Of a DNA stretch of 64,000 nucleotides, positions 26,901-39,000 are shown piece after piece. Location: NCBI GenBank assembly GCA_965113315.1, contig OZ220364.1; one strand, written 5' to 3'. A model generated the notes under the pieces. It was not told where the DNA came from, ran no database searches, and saw nothing but the letters and a program-made list of their open reading frames with translations. Both the position numbers and the translations under genes were made by a program. The DNA is from Podarcis vaucheri (taxonomy: Eukaryota). Numbering within the stretch: the stretch's first letter is position 1; each line of letters opens with the position of its first letter.

Positions 26901-29900
26901 TTATCCCACAAAGGCCTTATTGAGGCCCAAGCAGCTAGAGGGAGCGTGTCTGTGTCTGTTTTGGGCCTTGTCTTTGAAGGAGGGGAAGGAGAAACCAGGG
27001 GAACAGGGTTTTTTAGCCAGAGGTCCCCCGTCCTGAGGTGTGCTAGGTGTGGCCTCAGCTCTGAAGGGGAATGAGAGGCTTGTTCTCAGGCTTCTCCCTT
27101 CAGGCTTGGCACATCCCTTATTCTGCATTATTCTCTCTCTGTCTCCCAAGTCGAGCGCCCCATTAACACCCAAGCTTGATTCACTGTCGAGTCAACAGCT
27201 TTTTCCTCTGCTGCAGTTCCCACTCTCCTGGTGCAGAAAATCGGGCTGCCAGGAAGGGCTGGGTGTGGTGTACCTAGAGGCCTGCATCTGGCCTGCTTGC
27301 TGCCTTTGGCTTGCAAGGACCCAGTTGCTATTGGGCACTCAGTGAACTCACATTTTGATACTCCTGCTCTTCTTCCTTTGAACCCACCTTCTCACAAAAA
27401 AAAACCCATTCCTGGATCAGGCTAGAGCTGTAGTCATTTGAATAACCAACACAGTGTTTGTGTGACTACATAGCCCATTCTTAAAACGTTTGCCATGGTA
27501 GCAGTAAGTTTTATTTGACGATAGCCATGACAAAACTTGGGTCCTAGGATCTGTATTAAAGATGGGTGGGAGCTTTCATTGCATTTTACAGTTGTGGGCT
27601 GACTTTCCATAAATTGTTCAGGCAGGGGTTTCAGTAAAAACTTTGTGCAGGGTGCACCAGTTTGGCCAGAACTGAGTAGCAGTTTGTCCCTTTTTGAAAG
27701 CTGATCCCATACCTGCATGTAGAGAATGAGCATGTCAGGGAGAAGAGTTCAGTTTAGTCCAGGAGCAGAGAACCTTTAGCCCTCCAAGTGATGTTGGTCT
27801 CCAACTCCCATCAGACCCAACTAGGATGGCCAGTGGTCAGGGATAATGGGAGTTGTAGTCCAGCAACATCTCTGGAAGGCCACACATTGGCTACCTTTGG
27901 TCTAGTTTCATTAGTTCAACATTTTATTTTCTTGGTGAAAAGGCTTCAGACTTGCAATTCCTTCCATGCAGCCTGAAGAGGTACAGTCCAGAGAAACCTT
28001 CATCACTTGAATTTAGCTGATTGTATAAACTGTCCATCCTCATATCGTTGTGAGGCAAGCCTTGAGCAGTATTCAGTTGTCCTGTTGGCACAAGGATTTC
28101 CACTTGGGCAACTGGGCTTCTACCACTACCACCTTTGTCTTGCATGTGCCATGCAGCCTCCCTAAATCTACTCCAGAGGGTTGGAGAAACCCCTGGAACA
28201 GCTTTGCAGGGGGAGGAGAGGGGAAGAACATTCCGTTGCACAAGCAAAAATCCCCGTGCTGATGGAACATTCACTTTATGCTGAGTTGGATATTCCCCTC
28301 CCCCCTTGACTAAGCAGAGACTTCACTTTTTTCCATTTCTTGTTAGCAAATCACTGCTGGCAGAAAATCCTCTAGTGCTGCTTCTGCCATGGGGGTGAGG
28401 TTGTAGGAGGGAGAGTTCCCTGTCACATTTTCTGTTCAGGAGCTTAACAGATAAAAGTACCATTATTCCGGGCCTGGGACCTTCCTTCATATTTCCATAG
28501 GAAGTGGCTCACGTTTATCCCACCTGCTTAAACCTCTTGGCTAGAAGGATTTCAGCTTTGCTTGGAGAGACCACAGGCAATTTTGGGTCTTCCAGTCTAA
28601 TGTTCTACCTGCTGCTTCTCTCCCCATGTCTGTACATCACAACTGAGAAATGTGACCTTTGTCAACCACTGCAAGTCCACTGTGGACTGCAAATGGGTCC
28701 TATCAAGAAAGATGCTGTCTTCCACCTCCCCCTGCCACTTTAGAATATCAGAAGGCAGCTGGCATTGTTGCTAGGGTCTTCGCAGAGATAATTGGCTTGT
28801 AGGCTATCCTATTAGACCTGCCCAGAAGCAGAAGAGGCTGTTGCTCCTGGATCCATAGTTCCTGGGTTTGGGGCGCTGAGAGATATTGCATGAAGAATTT
28901 GGAGGGAAACATGGGGGCAGGCAGACTGCGGGCATGATGACGATGCTGGTAATAAAGCCCAATATCTGCACCTAGCACATGTTCCCTTTGCCCCCAGGCT
29001 GCTCTCATCCAGGTTCTCCTTAACAGCATTAAAAGCTTAAGGCAACTAATCTGCTCTCCTGTGGTGTAAGACTGGGACTGAGCTTGCTCAGTCAGGCACA
29101 ACAAGGGGGATTCTCGTGTTACCATGATCTGGCCCAAGACTCCAGTCCTTGTAGTGGGGTGGGAGAGCTGAAAATGATGCCAATATATTTCACATCTGGC
29201 AACCAATGCACCCTTTTGGCTTCAGATAGTACATGGGTAGAGGAGGCTAAAAAGCCCAGGACACCAATTTGCATAGCACTCTAGCAACTATGGTGGCTCA
29301 TTTACCAGAAGTGATGTATTTAGCATTAACTCTGAAAGCGTATACTAGATTCTGACCAAACTAAGCCCCCTAGAGCAAAATATACACCAGGAAGCTTAGT
29401 TTGGTCAGAATCGAGTATGCACTTCCAGAGTAAATACATCTTCCTGCTCCCAGCCTGCATCTGGTGGCAACTCCATTCAATCATTCCTGCTTATTCACCC
29501 CAGCCAAGATGCTGTCCTTCTAGCATGCTCCCGACACTCTGTGTGCTTTATTACACTGGAGAAAGCAGCTTATGCCATGGAGGGCTAGCCTGTTGCCCTG
29601 TGACAGGAGAGCAGAACATAGTTGATCTGTGTCTCTGAAATTTAGGAAGCAGGGAGAAAAGTAAGCTGAACTTGGTAATTCATTCTGAGGAACGATGGCG
29701 CTTGCTTGCACCTGTCCCAGCATCAATGGGAAGATAGTTCTCCCTTTACCTGTGTAATCTCACACCTAGGGGTGGCACCAACTATGTGCCTGGCTCCATT
29801 TGTGGGGTAAGGATACCCTCATGGCTGAACACAGGTTGCCTAACTTGTCTCTCTCTTCCTTGCCACACGTACAGGGTGCGCACCTGGCATTGATTGACTC

Positions 29901-30024
29901 ACTGATGACAGCATTTGCATTGGAAGCCACCAGCTCACTGAGTGTTACGCCAGGCACTGATCTGGGAGCCATCTCCTGGGACCAGAAACTTCTGCACTGG
30001 ATAGACATGGTACCTTATTTATTC

Positions 30025-30064
<40 letters not shown>

Positions 30065-33000
30065 GCTATTCTTGATATTTGTGCTTCCTCCAGATTACTT
30101 AGGTGGGCATAGAGGGAGTTAACGTCCCACTTTATTCACACAGCAAGTTTGTTCCCATCAGCCCCTGCACGGATAGCCAGTGGCCAGTGATGGTTGTAGT
30201 TTAGCAATATCTGGAGGGCCAGAGGTTCTCCACATCTGCACTAGTCCATGCCCAGCTGCACTATCCAACCTCTGACATGGAAAATGTGAGGTTGGAGTAA
30301 AATGGTTTGGATGGATTACTTATGATTTGTGAGCCCTTTGGGATTTTATCCTACTAAAAATTGCTATAAAATCTCACCTGGAGCCCAAAGGATAGGGGCA
30401 GGATAATAAACATAGTTTTTTCATTGGTTTTGAATATGACCTCATAGAAATAAAAGGGGCAGTTCCTTGATTCTGTTCCGGCCTGTTTCATTCTATCACT
30501 AATTTGCTGCTGTTGTGAAGGGGCGCTGGGCTTACTTTGCATACATTTAAGCTCAAGTAGAGTTGCATTTCATTGGCATTTCCTCTCCAACAAAAGTTTT
30601 TTTTTACACCCACATGCCAATGGGGGATTAACTTCATGCATCTGATAAAGGGATCTCTAATCCATGAAAGTTTATCCCTGTAACACATTTGTCATCTTTA
30701 ATAAGATGCCACAAGTCATTTATCTCTCTTTTTGGCCTGGACTCAGGAAGGCAGTCATGTTTTTGGAGACACGTATAACATGACCTGTTTGGGGAGGAGA
30801 GGAGAATAGCAGAGGAGGGACCTTCAGCACCTTAAAGTGGTCTGTGGGTGGGATATGCAGGGATTGGTAAGGGGTGTATGCCTCTTCCCAATACATTTTT
30901 AAAAAATATCTTTTATTTAAATTAGTTTGACTTTTATTGTATCCTGTGCTGAAAAAAAATCAATAAAAATACAGTCATACCTTGGTTTTGGGACAGCTTA
31001 CTGTATTTTCCCATGTATTGGATGAGGTTTTTTGACACAAAAATCATGTCAAAGGTCGTCCAATACATGGATAGTGGCATGGGGGGGGGGGAGATGCCGC
31101 TGGAAGTGCCGCGATCTGGGGGCACTGGCTGGCGGCACGCAGCTTCCCCTGATGCCGCTGCGCATGGGAAGCACTCCTTGGATCGTTTCCCACGCGCACA
31201 GCAGCATCAGGGGAAGGTGCCCTCTGGGCAACCTCCTGGCTGGTTAGAGCACAACTTCCCTCGACGCTGATGCGTGAGGGAAACACTCCCTACCTGTGTG
31301 CGGGAAATGATCTAGGGAGTGTTTCCTGCCCACAGCTGCGTGGGAGGAGAGGCTCAACAACTTTGAGCCATCTCCCCTCATTTTCTTAAAATTAAGTCCC
31401 CCAAAATAGGGGGGAGGGTCTTATACATGGGGGCGTCTAATAGACAGAAAAGTATGGTAGTTCCCAAATGCCGCAAACCCAGAAATGCCTGTTCCGGTTT
31501 GCAAACTATTTTTGGAAGCTGAACATCCAACGGGGCTTCCAATTGGCTGCAGGATGACAATCAGAAGCCACGCTTTGGGTTTTGGAAGTTGAACGGACTT
31601 CTGGAACGGATTCTGCTCGACTTCCGAGGTTTGACTGTATTTATAAAAAGCAAAACAAAAAACAACAACGGCATGCCCCTTGCTTCCTCCCTCCAGATCA
31701 TCCACAAGATACAGCAAAGCAGCGAGCAGGAATGCACTCAGCGGGCTGCTCCAGGAACTGACGGCCAGACCCAGGCCTCCAACAGCGGTCCCAAGGTGCG
31801 TTTGCTTGCCTCGTGCAGCTTCCTTCTGAATGGAGCAGGGAGGGAGCCTGGGCTTGTGGCGTAGCTGGAGTGGGAGGGAGGGAGGGAGGCCATTTGTGGG
31901 CCCTGCCCCAGTAGCCAAAGCGTGGCGACGGAAGGGTGGCTTTATCCATGCCGGCTTTGTTCTGTGTACAAGCCATACCCTTTCCCTCCCGCTCTTTCCT
32001 TCGAAGATAGAATTTGCTTCCTCCCTTCTGACTGACTCCCCGCCCCCCAACTCTAGCTCATGTTTGGGAACCCCCTGCACCCCAAGGATTCCCTGCCTCT
32101 CCCCCTTGTAAATCTGCTGCTTCGCCCTCCTCCTGTGAGGTGGCCTTTGTCTGCTTTGTCCTTGCTTTGTGGGCAACCAGAGACCCTTGACTTCTCCCCC
32201 AAATCCATTCTGTGGGGCTGGCTCACTGGCTCTGTTGGCCAGAGTGGTCAGACCATATTGAGGGGGGCGGAGGCGGGTTGCCTGCCTGAGAAGCTGCCCC
32301 ATTCATGTTCCCGATGGGCCCAACGACGAGGCCTCATCCCAGCCCAAGCTGCCCCTCCAGCTTCCTGTGCTGCGAGTGCGATACCGTCACGGTGTGTTAT
32401 GTGACAGAGCTGTCTTTTTCTGCATCTTTTCCTCTGCTTCAGTGTCCCACAAGGTGGTACTGGAAACTGGTTCCTGTAAGTGGGTGGCTTTACTTATTAT
32501 CTCCCTGCTGCTTTTGGCTCCTGCGCTGCATGCCAGGGGGACCCAGAGCAAAGGATGCTGGGGATTTAGGACCTTGGAGCAGAGATACCTGAGTGTGTGT
32601 GTGTGTGTGTTTCAGTGAGGGAAAGGCTGAGGGGACGACATTGCCCTGCTCCCTGTGGGATGGGCACCTGCCTGAACTTTGGGGAGACTTTGAGGGCAGA
32701 GGGGACCCTGTCCCGGGAGGAGGAGGAGGAGGAGGCATGTTCCCACATGAGACGCCAGCTGCTGGGATGCTGGTATATCCCAGCATCCTTTGTTCTCATC
32801 TCCCTTCCCTCCGCAACCCGCTCCTGCTTTGCTCTCTCTTAGCTCCGCGTGTTGGGGCACATGAGGGTTGGGTTCTGGTGGTGGCGGTGGGTGCTTAACA
32901 GATCTCTTCTTCCTGCCCTGAATAACGCAGCCTCCTTGGGGTTACAGGTGCCCTGGGGTCTAACGGACAGGCAAGAGGGACTGCCTCAGAGATCAACCGA

Positions 33001-36000
33001 GAAGCCCCGGTTTTCATTTGTGCAGAGGGGTTAAGAGACAGCCAGAGCAGGGCAGCTCATGCCTGGAGCTGCCAAGTAGGAACAGCATGCTAGTTACACG
33101 ACATTCCTTTATTCCCCCCTTCTGTGTTGCCTTCTGTCCCCCCCCCCCGCCATTTGCTTGCTGCCCAGCTGTACTCAGTGCAGTCGAGAGTGCGGACTAG
33201 TCCGAACTTAGGCCTGGATGCTACATTGCATTTAGTGTTCATGAGTGTGGGGTGCTCCGGAAGGGAGAGAGGGCTCTCTCGGGAGCCCCAGGTGCATGCT
33301 GGGGAGGCAGAAAGCTAGGCCTTGGCTAGGCCTTCCCTGCAACCCCCTACCCCGTTCCCCAGCCTTGTAAGGCAGCAGCAGCAGCAGCCCTTCCCTCCTC
33401 TCTCCTCCCTCCTTGCGGGTGCATTGATCAGGCTCTCTCTTTTCTTTGCTATTGCATCCAGCATGCCATCGCTTTTTGTTTGAAGGAGTCGGGGAATAAG
33501 CCTCCTGTGGTAATGTATCCGTCGGCGCGTGCCTCCCACCGCCCGCCTCCACCACCTTGCCATCCACCCGGGTTGCTGTTTTCTAGGACTTTGGGCCGTT
33601 CCTGCTGCAATGGGCCTGGGCCGCCTTTCTCCCCTGCCCCGCAAGCTGCCAACTTGCCTGGGGCTTGGAGAGGCGAGCTTCCCCCTCCGCTCTGGACGTT
33701 TTCCAGGGTCCTCCTCCCTCCACGTTCAGAGCAACCAACAGCCACCTCCAAGGGCTCCCCCCAAATGCCCACAAGAGACCTGCCTTTGCCCTCAGTTCTT
33801 GGGAGTTCGCCTCATCTCGTTGCTCACCCTCCAAACACAATCAGCCCCTCGCCTTTCCAGAGCCTGCAGAAATCCGGGGTTGCATTTCTTGTTTTTGTTA
33901 GACACTCTGGTTTTTGTTCTATTTTAGGACGTTTAGTGTGGGGGCGTCCACCAACTTTTCTCTCTAGAGCTGTAAGGTGTCAGGAAGGGAAAGATGTGGG
34001 TGCAGCCATCAGCACAAACCCTCTCATTACCACCACTGCCCACCAAAACTCCTGTGTCGAGAGTTGACCTGTTGTGACCACCTCCTCCCTTGGCTCCTTT
34101 TGGGTCTCTCCTGGGCTGACAGGTGGGGGGGGGGGAGGCTTGCTCCATTAATTCTTGGCTTCAGCAGTGGTGGAGGAAGGGGTAGAGCATCTGTCAAGCT
34201 GGTCTCCAGAGCTTTCTGTCTACGGCCAACTCTTTCCCACCCCCAGGGATACGGCCCTTTCCCTCTGAAACCTCCCTCCAGCTCATTGCAGCAGGAATGG
34301 AGGTGCCCCATTTGCCTCTCTCTCTTTTTTCCCCCTCCCCACCCTTTTTTATTTTTTGCTGGCCTGCTGGGTGTCTGTGCCTGTTTGTCTGTCTGTGCAC
34401 CCCTTCCCCCCTCCCTTTGCCCTGTGCAATGTCTGCGCACGGCCTGCCCTGCTCTGTGTGTGTCTCTGGTGTGGGGGCTGCCTTTTGTTGTCTTGTCTGC
34501 TGTGTCCTGGGGTGAGGACAAGCATGTTTCCTTGGAGTGGGAAATGCAGTTATTTAGCAGGACTGACTTGCTGGCTCCTCTGTCTTCTCTCCTACCCAGG
34601 GCAGACCCCCCCCCCATTTAGCATCCCCTCACAGCCATTGTGGCGCTGCAGCCCACTGGGCCTAGCACTAGGCCAGAACCTCCCCTTGGAACATTTGTGT
34701 GGTGGGGAGAGTGAGGGGAGCTGGCAGCTGGTCTTTGGGGGGGTCACTCAGAGCTGCTACAGAAGGGAGAGTGTCTCCTTTTCTCCTCCTATGCTGGCTG
34801 CTTCCTCCTCACTTCCCTCCTGCTTTTCTCCTCCTTGGCTGACACAGAGGGACTTGTGCCTTCGAGGGACTCGCTTGCGCCCCCCCACCCCCGCTTTATA
34901 TCCTTTGCCTCCCTCCCAGCATGCACTTTGCTCTTGGTATTGGGGCAGGGTGGGGGAGGTGTCATATTTTGTGCACACATATTCTTGGGGTGGGAAAGAG
35001 GGTGTTAATCTTGGCTGGTTCTTCACCCCCTGGGTATTCCCAGGAAGAATTCCATGAGGGCTTCTGCATGGTGGTGAAGTTGAGGGTGGGATGGAGGAGC
35101 TTAGGGTGTGAGGCCCTGGACCGAGAGGAGGCAGGGGGTGCATTTCTTCAGGCTTTTTCAAGTGTCCCTTGTGTGGGGACCAGCTCCTTCCGTCGCCGTG
35201 TTGACTTCCTCCTGCGTTTCTGCCCTGCACAGATCCGCTATCGGAAGGACAAGGCGCTGCCCAAGCAGACTCCCTGCTTCCCTGCCATCACTGGCATGAA
35301 GGACCTGGCCAGCGGGGGCGCCATTGCTGCCACCATCCACTACTACTGCCCCCAGATTGTGCGCCTCGAGGGTAAGTCGGTGCTCTGGGTCCTGGGTGGA
35401 GGGATGGGGCAGCTGCTCGGAGATTGCAGCCGTTGTGTGTGCATCGCCTCCACTCACATGTGTGCGTATGCACATGCATGCACCCCACACGCTGATGGCT
35501 ATTGTGTGCTTCCCTTGCCTGGTAGATGTGTGCCTGAAGGAGACCATGTCGGTGGCAGACAGCCTGTACAACCTGCAGCTGATCCAGGGCTTCTCTGCGG
35601 ATTATTTGGGTGGCTCCTGCTTCCTCTCCTTGGAGGACCTGCTATACATGCCACCTATGCTGAGGGTGAGTGCTGGGACTGGGCAGGAGGTGGGGCAGTC
35701 CTCCAGCCCCTCTGTACCTCTAGAGATGAAAACATGGCTGTCCTGGCTGCAGTAAGGGAAGCCCTGCAGAGCTTCAGGGGCCGAGGAGCTGCTTGGAAGG
35801 AGCCCTGGCATGGCAGAAGGAAGCCCTGCTCCGTGCCCCGTGTGGCTGCTCATGTGGAGCAAGCGGGGATTAGTGTTTGGTCTGAGCATCCAGCCTGCCT
35901 TGGCCCTAATGAGCCTTGGCTGGGGCCTCCGGCTGCACTAATTGGAGGCTGGTTGTGCAAGAACAATGAGGCCCTTCTGCAGTGGGTGGCAGGGCAGTGC

Positions 36001-39000
36001 TGGGGGCGGGGATTGCGGTGGGTCAGGAGACAGACGTTTTAGGCACCAGGAAGAGTTCTTCTCAGGAGTGCTACCTGCAGATGGAGATGGTGGAGCAGAG
36101 ACTAGGTCCTCTCCTCCCCCTTGTTCTCTGGACCCAACTCTGGCTAAGTGAGGGGAATGAAGGCTGCTTCCTCCACAGACTATTTGGCTAACTCATTTCC
36201 CTTCAACCCCAGATAAACGTCGGGGTGTTCCTGGCAGAGCTGTTCCTGTGCTTTGAGGTGCTTAAGCCTGACTTTGTGCACCCAAAGGAGCTGCCTGGAC
36301 TTCAAGGTAAGAAGGTGGCAGGTGTGCTTGTATGTCTGTGGCACCCAGGAAGCTGCCCAGGTTCACAGGCTCGCACTGCTTCGGCTTGCTCCTTGTTGTG
36401 TGTAAACTGCCTGCTACTGCCTCTCTGGGGTTTCAGGCCCAGAGCCTTTCCCCCAACCTACCTGAAGATGCTAAGGATGCTGGAGTCTAAGATATGGCTG
36501 CCCCCACCCTCCACACCTTAGTGGTAGCAGTTAGCTTGAGGAGCATCTAACCCAGGATAGGAGTGGGGCAGTTCATTCCCAGCCTGCAGAGCTGTGCTGT
36601 TTTTGGTGTGTAGTATTGCAAGATACTTGTCGGTGCATTCATTATGGGCAGACTCTTGTATTTGGTATATTATGTGCTGATAATTTCCATTGTGCTGAAC
36701 AGGCAGAAAAACCCAAACTATCTTCCCCAACTCCCGAATAACTTAGCACCCACCCCCAATTAATAATTGTAGCATATACAGCAAAAAAAAAAAAATTGGT
36801 ATACTTGTGAACGTGAGAATTCTGATTTTTGAGGTATATGGAATGCTGGTGGGATAATTAGAGTAGAGGAGGGCGCACAGTCGACATGGGGAGAGAAAGG
36901 AAGAAGTGCAGAACATCTTAATTGCAGCTGTATCTAATTGTTTCTGAAGACATTATTACTAGTTGCATCCTTTCCAGACATTCTGCAAATCTGGGGCCCA
37001 CGTGCCTGCTTTTTCTTAATTTTGAGAATGAAAAGCTTCTCTTAAAGCTTTAGGAAATTTGTCTTGCACAAGTTATCTGTTACAGTTCGTACAATATTTT
37101 GGACTAGATAATTGGCAATCAGGTCCTCCCTTCCTTTTAAGGGGAGATGGAAAGAGGGTATAGCATATGCCTCCCATATTACGTGGTATAAACTAAAGGT
37201 GACTGGTCTGTTTCACACCTTATAGCCACTTTGATCTGATCTGATTAATTGAACAAACATATTCTGCCCGTGGAGCATCAATGGATCCTGTTACGGGATT
37301 TAGATTGTGCTTGCCTTGGCTTTATCTTGACCAGCATTCACGGCTTTCCCAAATACTTGTTAAAACCTTGGCCCTTCCTGGAAAGTTTGCATTTTGATGT
37401 TGCGAACACTTTTCTGGTCTTCCTGCAAGAAAAGATACCTTTAATTCCCATTGTGCATTCTGTACATCAGGTGGTAAATTGCATGCCTGAAAAATAAGGA
37501 AAAGTAAAGGCTGCGCTATAAAGCCTGTCTGTGCACACAGGTATTTGATAGCAGCCTATCACCGTCACACTTCCCCCGCCGCCCTAAATCAGTTGTCCCA
37601 CTGAGTAAGTGGAGCAGAGGCATGGGCTGCTGGGAGCTGGCATGCTCTAGCCCTGGAACAATGGCCTCCTGTGTGAGCCGAGATGGGAGCAGGTTCCTCT
37701 CCTGCCCTTTGGTACACGTGGCTGGCATTCCCACCCTTTCCTGACCTTCTAGTGACTTAATCCTCGGCGTGAGCGCTCTGCTCCCTTCCCCTCTCGGCTT
37801 GTTCAGTAAAGTGGCTGTTCTCTTCCAGATTCCCCTGGGCTGAATGACTCCCTGACGCCCAACAGTGGGAACAACAGCAGGTAAGGGAGCCTCTGCTACT
37901 CTCACCACCGCCACTTTGAGCCTGAAACCAGGCTTGCCCTCTCTTGCCCATGCTGGGAGTCAGATTTGGATGCTGTGCTTTGCAAGGAAGGTGTCTGTGG
38001 GTTGCTCTCTCTCGCTGGTGCCTCATTCCAGAGCTAGGAGTTTGTAAATGGATGATGATGTAGGAGCATGAGAAATTGCCTTATGCTGAACCAGACCCCA
38101 TTAACCCATCTCTCTCAATATTGTCTACACCAGGGTTTCCCAATCTTGGGTCTCCAGCCGTTTTGGGACTACAACTCCCATCATCCCTAGCTATCAGAAT
38201 CTGGTCAGGAATGATGGGAGCTGTAGTTTCAGACAGGGAGCCTCTCCCAACCCTACCTAGAGATGCCAGGGATTGTCTTCTCCAGGGCACCCTGCATTCT
38301 GCCATGTCAGCTCCAGTTCCAGCTTATAAAATGAAGCTGCTTTAGCCCGAGTGTGTTGCTATCACTAGCTTCCCTGTCTGGCAGCGTGGCTAGCCAGTCT
38401 CCCGTGGATGAATCAAAGCTGTTGGGAAGCCTTAGACGGGAGTCATGTCCAGACTGCTACCTGCAAGTCCACAAGCCATGATGTTGCTGACAGAGGACTC
38501 CAGGCAAGGAGACTTTGGCTCTGAACATGTTGCTGGACTCCAACCAGCAACAACCAATGTGGCTGCTGGTCAGGAATGATGGGAGTTGTACGCTGCTGGT
38601 GGCTTAACTGTGCCCTAGTGCTCAAAAACCATGAATCCCTTTAGGAATAGCTAAATATTGTCTCTTCAAAGGGGCAATGTTTCTATTGCAGCTGACAGAG
38701 GTCTGGGAGAGTCCTTGAGGTCCTTCATGATTTCTGTGCTGTTGACATAAGAGTCCTTGCTTTCCTTAAAACAAAACAACCCCACTCAGCAACTTGCTTT
38801 TCAGATGTGTTAGTACTCTGCCACAGCTTGACTTCCCCCCTCTCTGCTTGCCTAGGGGGCCTCTCCACATATTAATATTAGACAGTCTTTGGGGAAACGT
38901 GATCTGGAAGGAGTTATTCCTGCAATCAGGGTGGGGAGAGCTCCTTATGTTTTTTGTGGTGGCTCATTGCCTCCTTATGTTTCAGGAGGGTTGGACCTTC

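Noticed and set aside
31421-34621. Several 190-290 aa ORFs on both strands in introns 3-6
   Set aside because: GC-rich intron sequence with no homology or domain pattern I could recognise.
34921-36042. 373-aa ORF
   Set aside because: It is CAMSAP3 exon 7 in frame plus GC-rich intronic read-through; exon 8 is in another frame.
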